NCBI RefSeq assembly: GCF_963506605.1
Contig: NC_083287.1
Location: forward strand, 49,228,001-49,292,000
DNA from: Zootoca vivipara
Lineage: Eukaryota
Direction of reading: 5' to 3'
DNA length: 64,000 bases
The notes below the pieces were generated by a model that saw only the letters and a program-made list of their open reading frames with translations, was not told where the DNA came from and did no database searches. Made by a program: the position numbers and the translations under genes. This document shows positions 35,650 to 47,333 of this stretch, piece after piece (the stretch's first letter is position 1; each line of letters starts with the position of its first letter).

Positions 35650-35655
35650 AATAAA
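35650..35655 (+). terminator. CRYGN: CRYGN polyadenylation signal AATAAA
   Basis: Canonical hexamer 62 nt after the stop codon; a second AATAAA lies at 35840-35845. Confidence 0.7.
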
Positions 35656-36165
35656 GACTTGAAATCCAATGCGCCTCTTTTGCATTCCTCCACATGTCCA
35701 GGCAGATCATTGGCTTAAACAGTCCAGGGCCTGATAGCACACTGGGTAGCCACTGTGGACCAGCCAATTGAGGTAGGAAGGTGATTCTGATTGGGGATAA
35801 GTGCCATTGTTCATGGAATGAGGCATTCTGAAGGCTCTCAATAAACTGCAAGGGATAAAGAGATGGGTAGGGAGGTCGTTACTTGAACTCTAACGATGTA
35901 AATATAATTACGGGGTTTGAAGACCCTTAACGGGCACGGAAAGCTGCTTTTCATCACAAGACTATTTAGACACCCTCATTCTAAATATGGAGGTGAGCAC
36001 ATGCCCTCAGAAAAGAAGGAGCAAGATGAAAAAGGAAATCGACTTGTGATGGATTTCAACACGACGTGGGCTTCTGAAATCGAGAGCACGGCTGCGTTGG
36101 CGGGAATGGGAGCAAGTCAAAATGGCAGGGAAGTCCAGCTGTTAGTTACTGCTTGGAGTGCCTTG

Positions 36166-36168
<3 letters not shown>

Positions 36169-36222
<54 letters not shown>
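36169..36222. repeat. (AAT)18 microsatellite
   Basis: Read directly from the sequence. Confidence 0.97.
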
Positions 36223-36223
<1 letters not shown>

Positions 36224-36422
36224 GAAACCTGGTGCTGTTATTGGTGGGATGGAGTGTGGAGACTTGCAAGGTGCTGGGGCAACTGTCCAAGGAAGCCACA
36301 TGTTGATACTGACCCTGGTATGAGGTCCCAAAGGAGCACAGGAGGCATTCAATGTTAAGTGACCACGCTCCTAAAGGCATTGCATGATATTCTCTGCAAG
36401 ATCATCCATTGGCTGTTTAGAC

Positions 36423-36830
36423 CAGGGGTGAAGAACCTCAGGAGTGAATGTGGCCCTCCAGGCCCCTTTCCCTGGCCCTTGTATTTCTGCCCAGGCAGTA
36501 CCCCTCACCGGCCCCCACTTTGCACTCCAAGTGCTTCTGCTGGGCTGGGATGTGTCCTTCCATTCCCAGATTAGGGGTAGAGAGAGTCGTGTGTTGGCAT
36601 GTGAAGAAACGAACCTATTGTGCAAAGAGGAAATGTGCAGGACTTCAGGGGTGGGCCTTGGTAATATGCCACCCTGTAGGGAAGGCTGTGCACTCCTGAA
36701 ACCGTACTGCTTCCGGGGACTTTCTCTGCCTGCTTTTGTCTCTGATCCCATTCACCACTGGCATGCGGCCCTTGAAAGGTCGTTCAGAAGGGAATGTGGC
36801 CCTCGGGCGGGAAAAGTTCCCCCACTGCCT
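36423..36830. mobile_element. hAT MITE
   Basis: CAGGGGTGAAGAAC left end; GTTTAGAC repeated at 36415-36422 and 36831-36838. Confidence 0.7.
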
Positions 36831-37018
36831 GTTTAGACTCATCTGCATGATGGATGCCCACAAATGCTGGCGCTGGCGCTGCTCTAAGCCCCTCTTGCCA
36901 ATCTCCTGGAGAGTCTGATGAATTAGCTACTTTGATCTGTCACTTTTATGGGGATCTTATCTGGCTTGCCAATTCTAGAGGGCGGATGGGCAGCTAGCTC
37001 TTGGCAAATGGAGGTTCT

Positions 37019-37019
<1 letters not shown>

Positions 37020-37086
<67 letters not shown>
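37020..37086. repeat. Compound (CT)n(CA)n microsatellite
   Basis: Read directly from the sequence. Confidence 0.97.
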
Positions 37087-37087
<1 letters not shown>

Positions 37088-39214
37088 ACTGCCCTGGACT
37101 TCAACCCTGTCTGTGAGCACAGAGAAGAGGGAGGTGTCTGTTCACGACAGTCCAGCCTCAAATCAGCAGAATTTGCAGAGTTCCTTTGCAACGCTGGTGC
37201 TGCTGGTGATGAGGATGATGACTAATGCTGCTTTTGAACTGCAGCAAAGTGCAGGCTGACAGGAACAAAAGTAAACGAGAAGCACGGAGCGATGTCTGTA
37301 AGATCAAGGAAATCTGCTGTGCTCTGGCAGCAGCCATGAACTGCGCTTGGAAAGTTCACAGAAAGTTGAGGTGGTAAAGACTATGTTTAAAAATTTGACA
37401 GACACCCGAGTTACCACATTCTGTCTTCACCACAACCCTGTGAGGTAGGCCAGTGTGAGAGAGCGTGTGTACTAGTGTCCCAAAGCCATCACGGACCTTA
37501 ATGGCTGGTCAAAGTCCACTTCATGACACATTTCATCCCATTGGCTGTATAGATGCAGAGGGGTTTGGGTGCAGAAGAAAGGCTCCAGACCTAGAAAGGG
37601 GCAGGAAGCCAAGGAAGAGTTCCCCTATCAGACACCAAGAACACAATGCCTCTGAGCATATTCTATGCACATTATAAGGCACATTATGCCATGTAAACAG
37701 TCATAGTCTTCCCCAAAGAATAATGAGCTACACACAGAGCCACAAATTCCAGCACTCTGAAGAAACTACACCTCCAATTACATCAAGGATGGAGCATTTA
37801 TGACCCTCCAGATGTTTTAGAACTAGAACCCCAGTTACCTCTGACCATTAGCCATCTTCTACTAAAACCTCTTGTCTTTCTCTACTGCCCCCCTTGCAAA
37901 GCTAGTCTGCATAGCCGTGGCTAAGGGAGTTGTCTCCGAAGCAATGTCAGACAATTTCTATGTCCTCATCTAGAAAGAAATAGCCCTCCTTTAATAAGTG
38001 ACCAAGGCTGGCTTGGGGCAGAGGAAGAGAATGACTCATGCCACCCTGACTGGGCTGCAAAGTGCAAGATTCAGGGACTGATGCTCTGTGCCTGATTCCG
38101 CACTCTCCTAAAATTATTTCCCACTTGCAAACTGCATTCCTTCCAGGGCCAGGATAGCTCACTAGTCTCCTTTTTTTAATTGCTCCAAGTGCCATTAAAT
38201 ATTTCTGTTTAGAACCGTACATTCTGGCTCCAGCATGACCTCTTGCCTTGCTAATCTGTCAGCAATTCACAGCTTTGGCTTTTTCGCAGACATGATTTCA
38301 ATAGAACAGTGACCTATTTCTTATTATTCCATCTTTTTGAGGAGGTTGTCATTTGGAACTAGGAACGAAGAGCAATAAAGTGGGAGAGAGAGCGCCAGTG
38401 ATTTAAAACGGGAAGAACTCGCTCCGTGCTTGAAATAATAATCATAATAATCATCAGCTGAGTCTTGCAAAATGTGGGTGTTTAACAGGACGGAAGGCAT
38501 CCCATGCTGAATGCATTCTGTAATGAATCCCTTTCCTCCACTGCGGCTAACCTTAGGTTGACTCTGCCCTGAAAGTGAACTCATGCCTGCTGTCCTCAGC
38601 TTGCATAGCACAAGGAGAAATGCTGAGCCCAAGGTCTGGGTGCCACGTGGGCAGCATATATTCCCCAGTGGTTCCTATAGGCACTTTCCAGCTCAGTCTC
38701 TTCTTCTGGGCCCAAGCTACCAATACCAGCTGTTGTGGTGGGGCAGATCTGCCCTCTGAACACCAGCATCACTGCAACTTATCCGGATGGTGCAGTGCAA
38801 CAGTGAGATTGCACTGGAAGAGGCATTCTGGTGCCACCACCAGTATGTCCCTGCAGCCCCAAGCTTGCAACCACCGCACCCCCACCTGCCCTATCCTGGT
38901 AGGCGGATGCTATGGCAGGTGTCAGGAGGGTGGTTCTGCCTAATCATTGGCATACCCCTCAAATGTCCCAGAAAAACTGGGACATTTCATTTTCCCTTGC
39001 GAGAGCATGGCGGCCAATTTGGGCGCCATGGCCTCGCACAATTTCACGCCGAGATCTCGCCTCCCCGCCCCCCAGTGCTTTTTCAGAGCTGCAATCTTCC
39101 ACAGCGCCACAAAATGCACATTTTGGGGTGCTCTGAAAGCACGGCCCTGAAAATAGTGTATATTTTGAGTTCCAAGATCTTGCGTGGGTAATGTGACAAG
39201 AGAAGAGATTCTGA

Positions 39215-39480
39215 CCAAGCATCAGGAAGAACTTTCTGATGGTAAGAGGTGTTTGACAGTGGAACAGACGAAGAGGTGTTCGACAGTGGAACACCCTCGG
39301 GAGGTGGCGGACTCTCCTTCCTTGGAAGTTTCTAAGCAGAGGTTGGATGGCTTTCTGTCATGGATGTTTTAGAGTAGCTGGGGAAACTCAGCCAGATGAG
39401 CAGGGTATAAAAAATTAAATTATAATTAAATTCCTGCATGGGGTATTTCCCAACTCTACAATTTTTTGGTTCTGTGGTTC
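39215..39480 (+). mobile_element. CR1 LINE 3' fragment
   Basis: Translation PREVADSPSLEVSKQRLDG is a CR1 terminal motif. Confidence 0.7.
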
Positions 39481-40778
39481 TAATATTCTATGGGCCGCTG
39501 CCCCACCGCCCTCAGCCAGCCCCCAATCCGGAGTCCATTGGAACCACAGTCAGTTTCTAGTGGATTCCCAGCAGAATTCCACGCCAAGTGCCAGTGAGAG
39601 GCGAAAACTCAAAAGTGCTGTGGAATTCCATTTGAGTTAAAATTCAGCAACCGCGCCGCTTGCCTTAAAAGCAGAAGGAATGCACAAGGAGCAAACTGCC
39701 TCCAGTTGAGTGCAAAGGTTTCCTCTTAAAAATCAATTCCTTTGAGATTTGGGCAGTACAGTAGCCATGGCTTTGTTTTGTTTTTGTAATTGCATCTCAA
39801 GCATTTTGTGCAGCTGTGAAATTTCACAAATTAACAATAAAGGGAAACAAATTGAGAATCTCATCTGTTTCTGTTGAACATTAATTTACATCAATTTGGC
39901 TAAAACAGGGGAAATAGGAGCAAGGAAATGTGCTCTCCTTTATCATTCCAGGTACTACTTAGCACCAATCAGCTAGTTTCGTACACATTTGAAGAGGCGC
40001 CACATAGACAGAAGCCTGCCAGTGACTGTAGTTCTGGTTCCTAAAGCCATTGCCAGCCGTGTAGCACAGAGAGCTCTCTTCCACCTTGCTTTCTGAGCCC
40101 CCAGCTTCCTTCAGGAATAATTTTGCTTGCCATCCAAGGTACAAACATTTTTCTAAAGGCAAACCCGCACATCCATATTCCTCATGTTCTAATTTCAGAA
40201 AGGTGAAAGCAAAAAAAAAAAAAAGAACTCCTTTAGAAGCCGGTTGTAACCTAGTCTGGTCCTGTTTAGACTGCAACACTTGAAATGGTTTGACTGTGTG
40301 ACTGGAGTTTCCAGCATCGCAATTTCTCCGAAATGTAACTAAGCAGGGAGCAGAATGTGCTGAGACTTGCACAGTGGGACGTGGTTATCTTGGCCAGCGG
40401 GGCGAAACGAAAACAATGGGATCATCTGAACCTGTAATAATAGTAATCAGAGGAGAACTCAAGAGCTTTCTTTTTGTTTTATGGGTCCTGTGTGCATCAA
40501 CTCAAAGTGTAAAATGCTTTGTTTTCGTTTGGTGTTTTTCCTCTCTCTCCTGAAAGTGACATTCTCTCTTTACACAAGAGCCCTGCTGGGATTAGACCAA
40601 ATATCTAGCTAGCCCAGCATCCTGTTCTTACAGGAGACAACCTGATGCCTATGGGAAGCCCAAAAGCAGCACCTAAACACAACAACACTCTCCCCAATTG
40701 TGATCCCCAGCAGCTGTATTTGATGTACTGTATGTTGATTTCAGCAGTGAAGGCATTGTTGCTTGTGGCCATTGATAG

Positions 40779-40835
40779 CATACCCTCCAACATTTCTCCA
40801 GTGAAAATAGGGACATCCTATTCCAATATCATCAT

Positions 40836-40867
<32 letters not shown>

Positions 40868-41428
40868 GCATATTTATACGCCACCCAACTAACTTGGTTG
40901 CCCCAGCCACTCTGGGCGGCTTCCAACATATATAAAAACATAATAAAACATTAAACAATAAAAAAAATCCCAATATTTAGATGTCTTCTAAAGGTTGTAT
41001 AGTTTCTTATCTCCTTGGCTCGGGAGTCGCATAACTCTGTTCGCTCCAACATTTCACTGAGGAAAATAGGGACATCCTAAGGAAAAGTCCCAACCTAGCA
41101 GTTCGAAAGCAGCTCAAAGTGCAAGTAGATAAATAGGTACCGCTCCAAGGAGGAAGGGAAGGTAAATGGCGTTTCCATGTGCTGCTCTGGTTTGCCAGAA
41201 GTAGCTTTGTCATGCTGGCCACATGACCTGGAAGCTGTACGCCGGCTCCCTCAGCCAATAAAGCGAGATGAGCGCGCAACCCCAGAGTCAGTCATGACTG
41301 GACCTAATGGTCAGGGGTCCTTTTACCTTTTAAGGAAAAGTTGGGTATTCCAGGATCAAATCAGAAACCGGGACGGCTTCTGTAAATCCAAGACTGTCCC
41401 TGGAAAATAAGGACACTTGGAGGGTCTG
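40779..41428. mobile_element. Blackjack-like hAT MITE region with nested L2 tail and SINE, inside a CR1 fragment
   Basis: CATACCCTCCAA and TTGGAGGGTCTG termini; the left part is repeated at ~41044-41078. Confidence 0.6.
41089..41330 (+). mobile_element. 5'-truncated Sauria SINE
   Basis: SINE core and tail; 11-bp TSD TAAGGAAAAGT at 41078-41088 and 41331-41341. Confidence 0.9.
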
Positions 41429-42424
41429 TGATAGCCTTATTCTCAATGAATTTGTCTAATCCTCTTTCAAACCCACCCACTGCCACATACTGGTTCACAC
41501 TTCCCACCTGTCCAAGAAACAAGAAGTTCAGAAGCAAGGCTACTCACGTGGCCTTCAGGTTAATAAAGATTCCACGCAATTGGTTTGCAACGTGTTCATG
41601 CCCATCCTTCAGGTGTTTGTTTGTGTGTAAGCACACTTGTCCTCTGTGGAAACATGGCAGGGCCATCTTCTTTTTGCTCTAAACTGTGACTTGGCCTGGA
41701 GACTTCCCACAGGAAATGTTAACAGACCACAGCATGGCATCTCCCAACACCCTGCTGGGTAAAGTGGTTATTCTGCTTCCTGAGAAAATGGCAACAAGGC
41801 TGCTGGCCATATGAGCAGGACCGTAAAATGGCTGGTTCAAGTTCATGTGTGTCTCTTTTTGTTTGACGTGAAAACTGAACCCAGAGGCAATTCGGTGCTC
41901 CTGCTGTGAGCTTTATAATTCCATTTGTTCTCTACTCCGGGTAGAGGAAGGGTGCTTTGCAAACTTTCATGCATTTATTCCTCCCCACTGCAATTAATAA
42001 TCATATAATGGAATGGAAAACCTCAGGCTGTACTTTGGCTTAGTGCTTTATAGCTCCCAAAGGTGGGTGAAATGTGGCAGAAATGTTATTTCTGGGTTTA
42101 CAGAAAGAAACCCTGAGGTTTTCACAGATAGTTTGGGGGTACCAGTGGAATTTGAAAGGCACCTTAACTGCTTTCCATCCTTCCCAGCCCTAGCAATGAT
42201 GGCCTCCCCCCAAACCCACTGAGTCACTTTCACAGCATTTAATGGTTACGGTTAACCATTGGCAAGCTGGCACATTCCATAATGTCTCTTGGAATCTTGT
42301 GGGGCTCATACCAAAGATGGGGCAGTTCACACACTATCGTGTACTTGCAGTGAACCACCTTGCACACCTCTCTGTGTATTCAGCACAACATGTGCCTGTC
42401 TCGGCGCATCCAGCCAGTTCTATC

Positions 42425-42845
42425 CAGCGGTGTAGCTGGCTGGGTAGAACATGCAGCCAGGGGGTGGAGCGCGGAGCGGAGCGCGGAGCCTCTCCACAGC
42501 CTCCCCTTCAGCTGTAGGGCAGCTGAGGGAGAGGCAGGGGCAGGTGCATGCTCCACACTGCCGTTTCAGCCAGCGCCAAGCCTGCAGGCGCCCAAGCCAC
42601 CACGTCACTCCCAGGAAAGACACATGGCTTGGGCACACTGCAGGCCCCATGGTAAGTGCTGGCTCCTGCAGTGTGGCGCCCAGTGCCAGCCGCGTTTTGT
42701 TGCGTTTGTTGACTGAACTAAAAAGTTTCGGAAGCCCACTTTTTATTTTTAAAAAACTCATATTTTTGTCATTTTGCCACCCCTCCCCCTCAGTGATGAC
42801 ACCTGGGGCGGCCAACACCCACCACACCCCCTTCCTCTGCCACTG
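42425..42845. mobile_element. hAT (Tip100-like) MITE
   Basis: CAGCGGTGTAG...CTCTGCCACTG termini; TSD GTTCTATC/GCTCTATC (7/8). Confidence 0.75.
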
Positions 42846-43338
42846 GCTCTATCCACCCGTCTTTAAAGAAAGGTAAACAAAATCTGACACATCACTCACC
42901 TCCGTCACAGAATCCACGTTGATGACGGGTTTACCCAATTTCTTGTAGCACATTTTATCATGTCTCCCACTTTGCTCCTCCCACCAGGATAACCAACTTC
43001 CTGTCACATCAGAAGCCATGATCTGTAAGCCAACAACAAACCACATCTTAAGGATGGCTAGTGACGGAGGCTTGTTAGGGAACAGCAGACCATGAGCAAC
43101 ACAACGAGAAGTTAAATCTTTGGCTGTGTATACACTGCTGTTTACTTTGCACCAAGTGCACTCTCACTGCTGGCTTGGGAAGCAGTAGACACACAACGTA
43201 ACACACAATCCATATCAATCCTGGGTCTACTTGGTTGTTTCTTAAGAGAGGCTGGATCGAGACACACCAAAGAAGCGATTCAGTTTAAACGCATTGCAAA
43301 CTTTGTATGAGAAATCAGGTTGGCAAAAACGGAACTCC

Positions 43339-43357
43339 ACAGCGCCATCTGGTGTCA
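43339..43357 (-). promoter_or_regulatory. Candidate CTCF site
   Basis: Minus strand reads GACACCAGATGGCGCTGT, a close match to the CTCF core CCASYAGRKGGCRS, in apparently unique DNA. Confidence 0.55.
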
Positions 43358-43819
43358 CAGTGTTAAGAATGCATAAACAACGCATATAAACTGTTTTTTC
43401 TTTGACAATGTAGCTGAGTCCAAAGACTGTGTTTCGATGTGTTCCCCCACCCCACCCCGAATCCACTTCAATCCGAATTGAGAGATATAATGACGCATCT
43501 GCATTTTAAAACATTAATGTAGCACAGCCTCCCTGGGTTCGTTTACCCCGCTTACGTCCTGGGAGGTGCAAAGTGGGAGCAGCCAGGCATCACTGTGCAC
43601 CAGCATGCCGCTCATTCACATCCAGGCGCAGTAAGTCGTTCTAGGTTTTTGTTACATGTGAATTCAACCACTGCTTGTACAGGCTCACGTGTCAGGCCGT
43701 GTGTGATGAGGGGCAAACAAGGCAACACAGCTGTACCACAAGCAGTCTTTCCAGAGTTGGCCCAACTCATTTATTTGCCCTAGGTGAAGAGCAAGATGGA
43801 GCAATCCCATGACATATAC

Positions 43820-44198
43820 CAGGGGTGGCCAACTCCCAAGAGACTGCGATCTACACAGAGAGTTAAAAACTGGCAGTGATCTACCCCCTTTTGGGGGGTT
43901 CAGGTCAAAGTTGTTGAGGGTTTTTTTAGGAAGGAAAGCCCTGCTTTTTGGGGTTCACGTATAAGTTCTTGAGCTGCTTTAGGAAGGAGGAAAGCGACTG
44001 AGCTTTTATCTTAGGAAGGAAAGCGCTGTTTTTGGTGGTTCAAGTCATTTTAGGGGTGCAGGACAAAGGTGTTGAGTTTTTTTAGGGGAGCCAAAGTTTT
44101 TTAGCTTCTTTGGGGGGGAGCCACTGATCTTCTAGTGATCTACCACAGACGTCCAGTGATCTACCGGTAGATCACGATCCACCTGTTGGACATGCCTG
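43820..44198. mobile_element. hAT MITE with T/G-rich internal subrepeats
   Basis: CAGGGGTGGCCAAC/GTTGGACATGCCTG termini; perfect TSD ACATATAC. Confidence 0.88.
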
Positions 44199-45183
44199 AC
44201 ATATACAAAAGGCAACTGGAATGGCAATGGAATCTGGCTTGCTGGTGATGGGACAGCAACCTCCACTGTAAGTAAAAAGAACAAGCTAGCTTAGATGGGG
44301 CTTCTATCCAGGCTGATTTCAGCAGGGAGAGGGCACTCTATGGGCACAAGGCCTTGGTGGGCCTCTGGGCATCAGGCTGGTGACCCCTGGGATACTGTTG
44401 ATCATGTACACATGAAGGAAGAGAAAGGAAGTGAGGACTGCTCTGAGGTTTAAGAATGACTGGAAGGGGGCTCCATCTGCTTGGTCAGAAAGTGACTCTC
44501 CTGTTTCACTTGGAGGAAGACAGAGTATGGATGCACATTCCATTCGTCAGAGCAAAACCGCTGATTACACTGTGTAAGTTGAGTCGGAGGACTGTCTGCA
44601 AAACCAGATGAGTTAAAGGAAGTTCATAAAAGGCTCCTTCCCGCATCCATCCATATTCAGACCATGTCATCTTGGGTATGGTATATATGCTATGTTTAGC
44701 AGCAAAACCGCTCCTTGGCCCCCTAGTCAGCGCTGGAAAGGAATCCAGCAGTATCAGGGCACACAGTCTGGAATGAATGGAAACAGATGCTTATGAATCA
44801 GCTAACTGCTGCCTTTCGCGCAGGAGAAGGGAACGATTATTTCTCACTTCAGCAAAACATTTCACTTTTTCTACTTCATCCTTCCAAGCAGCCTTCTGAA
44901 GTGGATTGCGACTGTTAATATCAACTGTGTTTGACCACACACACACACCCTCAATCAAAGGTCTTAACAGGGTAAAATGCAAATAGGTAAAATCAATTAA
45001 ATGCCAATTTTCTAATCAATGTGCAATACAAATTCCTTAAAATGCTCATCCAACAATACAATAAGTACAAGCCCTAAGCCACCCCACTAAAAAAATGAGG
45101 ACCCACAGAAGCAGCTAACTTAACCACCAAAATCCTGGGTCAATAAGAAGTATTAGCCTGGCACCTAAAACCGGACCATGGTG

Positions 45184-45766
45184 GTAAAGGTAAAGGGACC
45201 CCTGACAATTAAATCCAGTCACGAACGACTTAGGGGTTGCGGCGCTCATCTCACTTTAAAGGCCAAGGGACAGGGCCGGCTCTTCATAGACCCCCGGTGG
45301 CGCAGCGCACCACGGCGGGGGGGCTGGTAAGCTGGGCGCCGGGCTGACAAGGAGGGCGCCGCGCAACGAAGCCGCGCAGAAACCAATTGCGGCCTGCGAG
45401 GGCGGGGCGGGCGGCGGAGCGATCTCCGCCCCTCAGCACCAGGGCGCGCGATCTGCTCAAGACGGCCCCTACCAAGGGAGCCAGCGTTTGTCCACTTCTG
45501 CAGACAGTTTTTCCAGGTCATGTGGCCAGCATGACTAAGCTGCTTCTGGCGAAACCAGAGCAGTGCACAGAAATGCCGTTTACCTTCCCGCCAGAGCAGT
45601 ACCTATTTATCTACTTGCACTTTGACATGCTTTCGAACTGCTAGGTTGGCAGGAGCTGGGACTGGGCAATGGGAGCTCACCCCGTCATGGGGATTCGAAC
45701 CGCTGACCTTTTGATCAGAAAGCCCAAGAGGCTCAGTGTTTTAACCCACAGCGCCACCCGCGTCCC
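45184..45766 (-). mobile_element. Sauria SINE interrupted by a hAT MITE
   Basis: Reverse-complement SINE head at ~45690-45766 and AAAGGT tail at ~45184-45196. Confidence 0.9.
45271..45471. mobile_element. 201-bp GC-rich hAT (Tip100-like) MITE nested in the SINE
   Basis: CAGGGCCGGCT/AGACGGCCCCTA termini; perfect TSD CCAAGGGA at 45263-45270 and 45472-45479. Confidence 0.9.
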
Positions 45767-46905
45767 GATAGTGCCATTCCACAAATGGGTGGCCACTGCT
45801 GAAACGTCCTGTCCGCTACTGTTTGAAAATTGTTATTGGCACAAATGGTCTCCAGCACTGAGTTTATGTATGTTTTGATTCTGTAACACTGTTGGATTAA
45901 ATGGGATGTCTTGTTACGGTATGCAGGGAAAATGACAACAAAACAATTACTGGGGGTGGGGTGGGGTGGGAAATCCTCTCCATGTGGCTCCACCCTCCAG
46001 ACCTCCCTTGGATGAGACAGGTGGGTTGTCTCATCCAAGCTGTAACCCTGGACCTGGTCACCACTCAGCAGACAACCAAGCTGCAACCAAGTTCTAAGTA
46101 TGTGAAATGATATTTGCTCACCTTCATCTTCCTACTTACCAGTCATCTTTCCTTTCCCACCCTATGTAGTTTTTTCAACAACAACAACAAAAACCTGGAG
46201 TTATTTATAAGACTCTTCCTACTTTGAAAAAATAATTACAACAATCTTCATTCCATTTCAGTTGCCAGTTTGCAAACAAATCTTGCAAACTAAAAAGAAG
46301 GGTTGCTTTTTGAAATGTGAAACAGCCACTGGTAGATTTCATTTATTTGCTCCTTCATTTTGTTTTCAATTTCACAATTTGGGTCCCATTTCCTCATTTA
46401 TCTCTGGTATAAACAAGAGCGATGTTGACCAAGACCTGTTTATATACTTTTACACTTATATCCTTTGGCTTGTGCTTAGATTCAGCCCCTCAGGAATGCA
46501 TTGTTAGAGATAGACAAGGCTGGGCAAGAGGCCAGTTCACTGCAAATGAAGCAAGAGCTTCCACCAAAGTAGGGAACAGGTTAGGTTATTAGAACGCGTG
46601 TGTGTGTTGTTTTTCAAATCCCAACAATGCAACAATATCCCTGGGAAATGGCTGGCTTGACTGGAACTGGCTGCTGGCAGTATCCCTTTCCTAAAACAGC
46701 TGTACCAGCAGCAATGTTTGCACCGCTGAAAAGGGTGCTTTATAATTAGAGGTACCAAACGTATTATCCAAAATCCAGTGAGGAAGATTTGTGTATTGAA
46801 ACAACTTTCAAAAATAGAAGAGGAACGGTGGTGTCCTGGAGTCCATAATGGGTTTTCTAACACATTCAATGCATTGATCAAGTAAGTCCACAAAAGCTAG
46901 AAGCC

Positions 46906-46910
<5 letters not shown>

Positions 46911-46962
<52 letters not shown>
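46911..46962. repeat. (GT)26 microsatellite
   Basis: Read directly from the sequence. Confidence 0.97.
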
Positions 46963-46964
<2 letters not shown>

Positions 46965-47068
46965 CATGAGGCTAGAAGCTTGAATTTCCATGTTGGTTGT
47001 CATCTGAAGTCTGCATAGAAATGCAGGTATTTATAACCTCTTGACTGGCTAGGAAAAACATTTCTACC

Positions 47069-47333
47069 CAGGAGCATAGCGTGGGGGGTGCCAGGGGCTT
47101 GTGGCTCCAGGTGCACAATTTTCAAGCAGGCGCGAAGCAGGCGCCCCCAGCATGGCCTGGCCTAGTGCTCCTCTCCGCCCGCCAAGGGCCACATTGGCCA
47201 GCCAGGCAGCTCATTGCAGCTCCACTTTGCTCCGGTGGGGGTGGGGTCACTCTGACAGCATTAGATGGGCTGCACCCACTGCCCGACATATACCCACCCG
47301 CCCTGGACGCCAGCAACCAATGCTATGCCACTG
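47069..47333. mobile_element. hAT (Tip100-like) MITE
   Basis: CAGGAGCATAGC/GCTATGCCACTG termini; perfect TSD TTTCTACC. Confidence 0.85.

Noticed and set aside
35917-37259. Poly-N, poly-L, poly-Y, SL and HT repeat ORFs (likewise ER/SL at 31145-31538)
   Set aside because: These are microsatellite translations.
44506-44767. 86-codon minus-strand open frame after a good acceptor (LCALILLDSFPALTRG...)
   Set aside because: No recognisable homology and no phase-compatible upstream exon found; frames of this length are expected by chance in 64 kb.
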